A DNA stretch of 64,000 nucleotides, from contig JACOXN010000004.1 of assembly GCA_016176295.1 (NCBI GenBank), positions 6,655-70,654 on the forward strand, read 5' to 3'. The notes beneath the pieces were generated by a model. It was not told the origin of the DNA. It was given only the letters and a program-made list of their open reading frames with translations, and searched no databases. Of the stretch, positions 57,237-64,000 are shown piece after piece. The position numbers and the translations under genes are program-made. The stretch is from Candidatus Giovannonibacteria bacterium. Its GTDB lineage: Bacteria; Patescibacteriota; Minisyncoccia; UBA11713; 2-01-FULL-45-33. Each line of letters starts with the position of its first letter. Within the stretch, counting starts at the first letter, position 1.

Positions 57237-57497
57237 ATGGACAGAGAGGGAAAAAATTACTTCATTGCCCAAGTGACGTTTATCAATCAGTTGGTCGAGC
57301 TTGAAATTGTACATTCAAGCGGAAAGCCGGAAGAAGTGCTGGAGAAATTCGCCAACGCCAAAGGATACAGCATCAAGAAATTTATCTTTAAGAGCGACAT
57401 TTTGGCCTCAGCTGGAGCACACGTTGTCCAATTATCCGAACCGGGAAAGATGCTGCTACTGAGCGTAAATTATAGACAACTTACCGAATTGGAATAA
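57237..57497 (+). CDS. small hypothetical protein
   Basis: AAAGGA RBS before the ATG at 57237. ~140-nt leader after a TTGACA box. Confidence 0.35.
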   Translation: MDREGKNYFIAQVTFINQLVELEIVHSSGKPEEVLEKFANAKGYSIKKFIFKSDILASAGAHVVQLSEPGKMLLLSVNYRQLTELE

Positions 57498-57576
57498 AGA
57501 ATAATCCGGGGAGGAAAAAAATAATGTCTAGTTGGAATCGACGTAATCGAATCATAAAAACCACCTCGCGGGGTGG

Positions 57577-58035
57577 TTATTTTTTTTGTTTCCAGCCGAT
57601 GACGGAATACCACAGGGCTGCCGGTTCGAAATAGAATCCTCTCAAAAAATACATGAACAACGGATTCAGCCTGTTTTTTTCGTCGAAATCTATATGGCCG
57701 GCTGCAATATGATAGAGTTCGTGCCGGATGCAAATGTCGGTCACAAAATATTTGGATAGCTCTACTAAGTAGCGTCCGGGTTCGATCAAAGCCGAGCGGC
57801 AATAGAGTGGCTTATCTTCGTAAGGAATTTCGTTATCGTCCACGTCGATAATGTTAAGCACGACAGTAGAGTTTATTTTGAGGCGTTTCATCTCTGCGAC
57901 AGTAAAATTTTTCAAATCTGATTCTAGAACGTCTGCGGCAAGAAATTCCTGAATAAACGTTCCGATTACCGGCAGTATTAAGAAAAGCCAAAGCGCGATT
58001 CCGGCTGACAAAAGAACAATAATTTTATTCTTCAA
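57577..58035 (-). CDS. membrane-anchored putative zinc metallopeptidase (HExxH: IRHELYHIAAGH)
   Basis: N-terminal TM. HELYH motif. Confidence 0.45.
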   Translation of the reverse strand: MKNKIIVLLSAGIALWLFLILPVIGTFIQEFLAADVLESDLKNFTVAEMKRLKINSTVVLNIIDVDDNEIPYEDKPLYCRSALIEPGRYLVELSKYFVTDICIRHELYHIAAGHIDFDEKNRLNPLFMYFLRGFYFEPAALWYSVIGWKQKK

Positions 58036-58160
58036 TTTCCTGCCCTCCTACGCCATGTTAAAGGACGAAAATGTATTTCGTATGAGTTGAAAAAAACCGC
58101 CTGGGGCGGTTTTTTTACCTCTTTATGATATATTTTGTTCTAGTAGTTACCAAGCAATTA

Positions 58161-58460
58161 TTATGCCCGCCTCTCAAGCAAAAGCACCCTTTTTTCCAAG
58201 GCGCTAAATTCATCAACGCTGACTTTTTGTTTCAATTCCTGTTTTATGAATTGAATGTCGGACTTCATGATAGTTATGTCCTCGGAATTTTGCGCTACCA
58301 TTTCCTGAATACTTTTCAATGTTTGACTGAGAGTTATCAATGGTTCAAATCCGGTCGCCAGCTTGGATTGGAAATCTTCGGCAAGGGCGGTTATATGCGT
58401 TTGGTAATCCTCTCTCTGTTCTTTAAGGATTTCTTTAAGTTTCGCCTCCGTGATTTCCAT
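58161..58460 (-). CDS. coiled-coil protein, paralog of 54264-54665
   Basis: SEDITIMKSDIQFIKQELKQK resembles IILKSEVDKIKSFIKEK. Confidence 0.4.
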   Translation of the reverse strand: MEITEAKLKEILKEQREDYQTHITALAEDFQSKLATGFEPLITLSQTLKSIQEMVAQNSEDITIMKSDIQFIKQELKQKVSVDEFSALEKRVLLLERRA

Positions 58461-58499
58461 ATATAAAGTTTAATTTATTAACTATATTCGGTAAACCGC

Positions 58500-59036
58500 T
58501 TACCTCTTTATGATGTATTTTCCGGGTTCTTCGCCCAAGTCTATAAATTCGTCCACGATCTCTTTCAGTTTGCCGGAGCTGGAACGTCCGAAAGCAATGA
58601 CTTCCACGCGGCGGCCCTGGTTTTTCAAATATTCTACCAGTGGAATAAAATCCCCGTCCCCGGAGCCGATGACAATGGTATCCACGATCTCTGCCGTGCG
58701 GATGGCGTCCACCGCCATGCCGACATCCCAGTCGGCTTTTTTGGCGCCGCCGAAAAATTCCTGAAGTTCTTTTTCGCGTGTCTCGATGCCGAGCTTGGTC
58801 AAAGCCTCAAAGAAAGGTTTTTCCTCGCCCGTTTTTGTGCTGATGACATACCCGAATGCGCGGATCAGCTGCCGCCCGGCCACAGCCGACTGGAGTAAAC
58901 TCTTGAAGTTCACCCTCCCGCCAAAAAGGCTTCTGGCGGAATGATAAAGATTCTGCGCGTCTATAAAAATCGCCACACGCTGGTTCTTGTGCTTGAGTAT
59001 TTGGGTATTAATATTACCAGGTTTTGCTTCGCTCAT
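58500..59036 (-). CDS. NYN-domain (LabA-like) protein
   Basis: [15 protein letters not shown] ... [12 protein letters not shown] ... [29 protein letters not shown]. Confidence 0.65.
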   Translation of the reverse strand: MSEAKPGNINTQILKHKNQRVAIFIDAQNLYHSARSLFGGRVNFKSLLQSAVAGRQLIRAFGYVISTKTGEEKPFFEALTKLGIETREKELQEFFGGAKKADWDVGMAVDAIRTAEIVDTIVIGSGDGDFIPLVEYLKNQGRRVEVIAFGRSSSGKLKEIVDEFIDLGEEPGKYIIKR

Positions 59037-59299
59037 TTTCTTAATCCTAATTTTTTGATTGTTTTTTCATACTTTTCAGGATCTTTTTTTGAAAAGTAGG
59101 AAAGAAGCTTCCTTCTCTTGGAAACCATCCGCAAAAGGCCGGTCCTTGAATGGTTGTCTTTCGGGTGCTTTTTTAGATGCGAGGTCAGAGTATTTATCTG
59201 TTCGGAAAGCAAAGCCACCTGCACCGGAGACGATCCCGTATCTTTATCGTGAACTTTATGTTCACCCACTATTTTTTGTTTTATTTTTGTTTTTAACAT
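59033..59299 (-). CDS. rpsO: 30S ribosomal protein S15
   Basis: [37 protein letters not shown]. Confidence 0.8.
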   Translation of the reverse strand: MLKTKIKQKIVGEHKVHDKDTGSSPVQVALLSEQINTLTSHLKKHPKDNHSRTGLLRMVSKRRKLLSYFSKKDPEKYEKTIKKLGLRK

Positions 59300-59500
59300 C
59301 GTAAATGAAGTTTAACACATTAGTTGATAAAAAGCAATTTTCCAGAAACCAATGCAGCTCCTTCACTCATTCTCGCTCGCCCAGCGGCTCGCTCCGAGGA
59401 TCGCTAGTCTTTTTGCTCTTGATTCGCAAGAGACCATGCCAAAAAGACAGCGAAATCCGTTCAGGAGCCAATTGGTTTCTGATTAATGCTAAAATGAAGC

Positions 59501-60436
59501 ATGGCAAGCTTGGAAAAATTAAAACGCGAATTCCTGGAATATCTTGAGATAGAAAAAGGAAGGTCGCTAAAAACAATTGAGAATTATGACCGCTATTTAA
59601 AGCGTTTTTTTGAGTTTTCAAAAGTTTCTTCCCCCTCTCAAATTTCAGAGGACCTGGTGCGAGAATATCGAATGTTTCTAAACCGAACCAAATCCGCCCA
59701 AGGCGGATCGGTTTTGAGCCGACAAACGCAAAATTTTTATATAATAGCCCTCCGGATGTTCCTCAAATTCCTGGCAAAGCGCGATATCGATTCTCTTGAA
59801 GCAGAAAAAATAGAACTCGCCAAGCTTCCTGCGCGCGACCTCGATCTACTGGATACAGCCGACTTGGAAAGACTCCTTGCCGCCCCCCTCGACTCTCCAA
59901 CTCGGACCAAGCCTTTGAAAAACTCCGTCACGGTTCTCCGCGATAAAGCTATCCTTGAACTTTTTTTCTCGACTGGTCTCCGTATTTCAGAGCTCTGTTC
60001 GCTCAACACCGACCACGTAAATTTAAAGCGGGATGAATTTTCCGTCCGCGGAAAAGGCGGAAAGATACGCGTTGTATTTCTTTCCGAATCCGCAAAAAAA
60101 GCCATAAGTAACTATCTGGACAAGGCAACCGGGGTTGAAATCCGCCCAAGGCGGACCAGCCTCGGGCTGGAAAAATTATTTCCTGTAACGCCCCGTTCAA
60201 TACAAAGAATGATAAAAAAATACGCCATCAAGGCCGGAATTTCAAAAAAAGTGACGCCGCATGTTTTACGGCATGCCTTCGCGACCGACCTTCTGCAAAA
60301 CGGCGCGGACCTCCGCTCCGTTCAGGCCATGCTCGGCCACGCCAACATTTCAACTACTCAAATTTATACGCACTTTACCGATAGACAGCTAGGCGAAGTG
60401 CACAAAGCTTTTCATGGACGAAAAAGACCGAACTGA
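59501..60436 (+). CDS. xerD: tyrosine site-specific recombinase, XerC/XerD family
   Basis: C-terminal HVLRHAFATDLLQNGADLRSVQAMLGHANISTTQIYTH. Confidence 0.8.
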   Translation: MASLEKLKREFLEYLEIEKGRSLKTIENYDRYLKRFFEFSKVSSPSQISEDLVREYRMFLNRTKSAQGGSVLSRQTQNFYIIALRMFLKFLAKRDIDSLEAEKIELAKLPARDLDLLDTADLERLLAAPLDSPTRTKPLKNSVTVLRDKAILELFFSTGLRISELCSLNTDHVNLKRDEFSVRGKGGKIRVVFLSESAKKAISNYLDKATGVEIRPRRTSLGLEKLFPVTPRSIQRMIKKYAIKAGISKKVTPHVLRHAFATDLLQNGADLRSVQAMLGHANISTTQIYTHFTDRQLGEVHKAFHGRKRPN

Positions 60437-60635
60437 AAGAAAGCTGATGATTTTCTGAACGGATTTTTCGCCATTTTTGGCCGGTCCTGAACGAAGTGAG
60501 GGCAAAAATGAGCGAAACCCTCGGAGCCCGCGCTGGCGGGCGAGAATGAGTGAAGAAATTCATCAGCTTTCTCCAAGAGACAGAAACCCCACCAGTGTGA
60601 TGGTGGGGCCGGCTTGTCGCCGTTAAACAGGAGGG

Positions 60636-60860
60636 TTACGAGTTTGTGGCTGGTTTTTTGACCGGCCATACCGGCGGATCCAAGTAAAACTCTGTCGCCG
60701 TTTCATCGCGGTCGCCAGACCCGACGACCAGCGCATCAAACTTGCGGGCTACATACATCGCCCGCCGCTGCCGATCCTCCCGCTTGCGGTCATCCTTCAA
60801 CTTTTTCTTGGCCATCCTTTTTCTCCTCGTCCGATTGCGCCCGTTTATTTTTTTAACCAA
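60636..60860 (-). CDS. small basic hypothetical protein
   Basis: ORF track. Followed by hairpin ccccacca-gtgtga-tggtgggg at 60587-60611. Confidence 0.3.
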   Translation of the reverse strand: MVKKINGRNRTRRKRMAKKKLKDDRKREDRQRRAMYVARKFDALVVGSGDRDETATEFYLDPPVWPVKKPATNS

Positions 60861-61043
60861 CTACTCCTGTACGATCTCGTGCGGAAAAAGATATTCTTCT
60901 CCCGCCGAACCGAAACTTACAAGAATGAGCTCGCGGCCCATGTTTTCGATGGCACGTACGAACGTGCCTTCGCGGGGGAGCATCATCCCCGTCTTTTGGG
61001 ACCGGATGGGCTTCGAGGTTTTCAAAGTATCGCCGATTTTCAT
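60861..61043 (-). CDS. small hypothetical protein
   Basis: ORF abutting the previous one. Confidence 0.3.
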   Translation of the reverse strand: MKIGDTLKTSKPIRSQKTGMMLPREGTFVRAIENMGRELILVSFGSAGEEYLFPHEIVQE

Positions 61044-61067
61044 AGTTAAGCCCTCCTTTCATGGACT

Positions 61068-61340
61068 TTAATTCCAGGCCGTAGACAAAATGTTTACATC
61101 TTCCGGCCATTGCTGGCCAGTGTCTTCTTGAGCCATTATAACAATGTTGTCCGCCTCCATAGTAAAGACTACGGAGTGGTTTCCTTCTCCAACACGCACC
61201 ACAACCCGCTCCTCCTCGGCGAGCTCACCCATGAACTCAACAAGAGTGTTCGCAGGAACAAAAAAAGTTCTGCGCAAATCCTCAATGCCCAAAGGAGATA
61301 CCCTTGGGCATTGAGCGCCAGCCAATGTTTTAAAATACAT
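61068..61340 (-). CDS. small hypothetical protein
   Basis: ORF with AGGAGG-like RBS (revcomp of 61341-61352). Confidence 0.35.
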   Translation of the reverse strand: MYFKTLAGAQCPRVSPLGIEDLRRTFFVPANTLVEFMGELAEEERVVVRVGEGNHSVVFTMEADNIVIMAQEDTGQQWPEDVNILSTAWN

Positions 61341-61449
61341 AGATACCTCCTTTATCCTTCATTTTTTTATCAAGAAAACTTGCCTTTATTTCTTCATACA
61401 ACCAAGACACATGAATGTCAAGATTTTATGAAGTTTGAGCATACCGCTC

Positions 61450-61530
61450 CCATTAGGGCGCAGGTGCCGATGTGAGTGCTATGTCTTTAAAAAATGACTA
61501 AATGCACTCTGGCGCCCACTGCCCTAATGG
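61450..61530. promoter_or_regulatory. nested inverted repeat: outer CCATTAGGGC...GCCCTAATGG (10 bp perfect, extendable), inner GAGTGC...GCACTC
   Basis: Read directly from the sequence. Intergenic between two minus-strand genes. Confidence 0.4.
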
Positions 61531-61600
61531 AAGCAGTACTTTTTATGAATCCTTTGCTATTATACTACTTTATAGCTCTGTTGTCAATAGCAAGCAAAAT

Positions 61601-62872
61601 TTAGCTGCCCGAAAGCATGTGAAGAATGGACGCCGCAGACCAGGCCTGGGTTCTGCATGAGGTTTGTCCCGAGGGGGATCTGTATTCCATATAACTATCG
61701 CTGTTCCTCAGATAGAGTTCTATGGGAGAGCCGAAGTACTTTATCGGCTTTAAAGAGGCTTTTTTAAGCTTAAAAGCTTCCAATACATATCCGAAATTGA
61801 GCAAGCCTTCATAGACGAGCCCGTTCAACATCGGCCAGAAACTGCCGTTGTGGTATGAATCCGCTCCGGAATTGTAGGTTTTGGATCTATTGCTCATGGT
61901 GCGAATGCCCGCTTCTTCATCAAAAAAATCTTCTTTGAATACGCGGAGAACCACGTCGTTCACCGTTTCGTCGCTAAAGATGCATTCAATCTTCCCGTTC
62001 TTTCTCCGATGGGCGGACCAAAGGGCCAGCAGAGGGTTTGCGGTAAGGGTATTTATCCGGATTTTGTTTCCATCTAAAGCTTGGGCTGCGAAACACAGGC
62101 CGTCGTCTTCGATCAAAAATTTTTCATTAAAAGCGCTCTTCATTTCGTCAGCCTTTTTTCCGATCATTTCGGCGAATGCGGGTTTTTTATTCTTGAAATA
62201 ACCCGCCCATTCCGTGAGTGCGAGCCATGCGAAAGCTTGTGTTTCCACGGGGGCTATCGGGTATTTTGGGAAAACCCCGTCTTGGTTTCTTAAAGATTCG
62301 TTGGAATCGGTCCATGACTGTACAGCAAGCCCGCCGAAAGTCCTTTTCGGGTCGAGTTCATACTCGACGATCCCGTCATGGTCCATGTCTCCGTAGGTCG
62401 TTATCCAGCTGATGCCTTTTTCCACAGCGGGCTCCGCGAGACGCATAAACTCTTCGTCTTTGGTGAGATTCCAGTACGTCCAGATGGCGTTCAAGGCGAG
62501 AGGTGTCGAATCCACGGAGTCGTAGTTTCTTAAAATATTGTCCGGATAGACGAACCATGGTTTTTCAAGTTTTACTAGGCGTTCGTAGCCGTCTTTCCGC
62601 AGTTCATGAATGAATTTTCCCGGCTGCTCGCCAGACTCGATATTGAATTCCTGTCCTTGGCACGAAACGAGGGCTTTCAATCCTTTTTTTGAAATATCAA
62701 AAAGTTTCGGGTCGCCGGATCTTTCGGCAACCTTCAAAAGCTTGAGAACGGTTATGGCGGTGTCCCTTCCAAAGAGACACCCGTAGACCTCTTCTTTGCC
62801 GGACGCATATATCCCTTCATCGTTGGAAAGAGAGAGGAGTGATTCGTACATTTTTGTTTTCAGTTCGTTCAT
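61601..62872 (-). CDS. six-hairpin (alpha/alpha)6 glycosidase, amylo-alpha-1,6-glucosidase / GDE C-terminal-like
   Basis: 423 aa. GRDTAI, DSTPLAL, YGDMDHDGIVEY, QSWTDSNE motifs reminiscent of GH15/GDE_C enzymes. Confidence 0.45.
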   Translation of the reverse strand: MNELKTKMYESLLSLSNDEGIYASGKEEVYGCLFGRDTAITVLKLLKVAERSGDPKLFDISKKGLKALVSCQGQEFNIESGEQPGKFIHELRKDGYERLVKLEKPWFVYPDNILRNYDSVDSTPLALNAIWTYWNLTKDEEFMRLAEPAVEKGISWITTYGDMDHDGIVEYELDPKRTFGGLAVQSWTDSNESLRNQDGVFPKYPIAPVETQAFAWLALTEWAGYFKNKKPAFAEMIGKKADEMKSAFNEKFLIEDDGLCFAAQALDGNKIRINTLTANPLLALWSAHRRKNGKIECIFSDETVNDVVLRVFKEDFFDEEAGIRTMSNRSKTYNSGADSYHNGSFWPMLNGLVYEGLLNFGYVLEAFKLKKASLKPIKYFGSPIELYLRNSDSYMEYRSPSGQTSCRTQAWSAASILHMLSGS

Positions 62873-62911
62873 TTATTTTTCATTATTATTTTACCATACT
62901 TTCATAAACAA

Positions 62912-63997
62912 TCAAGTGCCGTTCCTTAATTTAAGCATTTGATAGTATATCTTTTCATATTTGTCAGCCATTTTTTGTGCGCTGAAGTTTTCTAAAGCGT
63001 GTCTTCGGCACTCTGACCGGCTTATTCTATCAACTTTCCCGACGGCGTCAATCATCCCGTCAACATCGCTGACGAGAAATCCGGTTTTTCCGTTCACTAT
63101 GAGTTCGGGCGCGGAACCGTTGGCGAACGCGATGACCGGGCAGCCACAGGCCTGAGCTTCTATCATCGTGAGTCCGAACGGTTCTCTCCAGATTATGGGG
63201 TTTAAAAGGCACTTTGCTCTCATCATCAGGCGGTTCCGCTCCTCCTCACTCACTTCGCCGACCCATTTTATCAGATTGTCCGACAATTTCGGCCCGACGT
63301 ATTCCTGAAAGTATTTTAAATCCGCCTCATCCAGCTTGGCCGCGATAATTAGCGGCATGTTTAGGTATTGTGCAACCTCGATGGCGAGGTGCGTACCTTT
63401 TTCCATTGATATTCTGCCGACCCACAAGAGATAGCCGTCGTGCCTTGCGGCGAACGGGTAGGATTCCATGAGGAGCCCGTTGTGGACTATGCCCGCATAA
63501 TTCAAATTAGGCGCGGAATTGTATTGTGAATAAGAAATTGCCGCCAGTTTCGGACGGTTCAGCGCGGAAAAAAGTTTTTTAACGTATGTAGTGAACGGCC
63601 CGTGCAGAGTGATGAGAGCCGGTTTGCTTGCGAGATTTGCGGTAGGCAAACTGATATGGGAGTTGTGGTCGTGAATTATGTCGAACTCGTTTTGGTTATT
63701 GTATGCCAGGCCGATGTTTAGAAGTGTGAGTTCGCCGGTTTCGAAAAGCGTCGTCAATTTCGCTTCCCGCAAAGCTCTCGGATAGACCGAGACAAGTTTT
63801 GCCGAAGTGATTGAATCGCCGGAGGCGAAGAGCGTGACTTCATGGCCTTTTCTTACCAATTCTTCCGTTAAAGCATAAACCACCCTTTCGGTGCCGCCGT
63901 AATTTTTCGGAGGGACCCTTTCAGTTATAGGAGCCACCTGTGCAATCCGTAGCTTCGGGCGCTTAAGAACTGCCCGCTTATTGGGGATTTTCTGCAT
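62912..63997 (-). CDS. GT4-family (GT-B) glycosyltransferase
   Basis: N-terminal GGTERVVYALTEELVRKGHEVTLFASG, 361 aa. Confidence 0.7.
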   Translation of the reverse strand: MQKIPNKRAVLKRPKLRIAQVAPITERVPPKNYGGTERVVYALTEELVRKGHEVTLFASGDSITSAKLVSVYPRALREAKLTTLFETGELTLLNIGLAYNNQNEFDIIHDHNSHISLPTANLASKPALITLHGPFTTYVKKLFSALNRPKLAAISYSQYNSAPNLNYAGIVHNGLLMESYPFAARHDGYLLWVGRISMEKGTHLAIEVAQYLNMPLIIAAKLDEADLKYFQEYVGPKLSDNLIKWVGEVSEEERNRLMMRAKCLLNPIIWREPFGLTMIEAQACGCPVIAFANGSAPELIVNGKTGFLVSDVDGMIDAVGKVDRISRSECRRHALENFSAQKMADKYEKIYYQMLKLRNGT

Positions 63998-64000
63998 AAG

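Overview
This 64 kb window looks like a gene-dense, small-genome bacterium of the CPR/Patescibacteria type, mostly minus-strand coding with short intergenic gaps and frequent 4-nt start/stop overlaps. The dominant feature is an S10–spc ribosomal-protein cluster (tuf, rpsJ, rplC, rplD, rplW, rplB, rpsS, rplV, rpsC, rplP, rpmC, rpsQ, rplN, rplX, rplE, rpsN type Z, rpsH, rplF, rplR, rpsE, rplO, secY, adk, map) with no L30 gene between S5 and L15. Core housekeeping genes are ligA (partial), argS, smpB followed by tmRNA, infC–rpmI–rplT, tpiA–pgk, pnp, rpsO, ndk, polX, a family-4 UDG and a xerD-like recombinase. Around this core sit several accessory or odd elements that the core genes do not explain:
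- two insertions inside the ribosomal cluster: a RelE/ParE–Phd toxin–antitoxin pair with a perfect palindromic operator between rplC and rplD, and an opposite-strand ~392-aa orphan gene flanked by hairpin terminators between rpsJ and rplC;
- a same-strand block joining a split ComEC, a DHH-DHHA1 phosphoesterase, a PD-(D/E)XK nuclease, an unknown 335-aa protein and ndk, which I read as a DNA-uptake/nucleotide-salvage module;
- a secreted cysteine-rich modular protein (seven C-x5-C-x3-C-x8-C modules, an RGD motif, Pro-rich tail, a recent ~148-bp tandem duplication) with a small membrane protein and a polytopic membrane protein;
- an IS30-family transposase gene with no recognisable right end;
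- a 20-nt near-palindrome present both upstream of that transposase and in-frame inside comEC;
- a GH57-family gene interrupted by two in-frame stop codons;
- a ~215-nt GC-rich intergenic RNA candidate carrying RNase P RNA-like conserved motifs in canonical order, and a separate promoter-plus-terminator-bounded sRNA candidate;
- short repeat arrays in the tuf–rpsJ leader and in two coiled-coil paralogs.
No CRISPR array and no standalone tRNA gene were found. All homology calls rest on motifs read by eye from the six-frame translations; no database searches were run.
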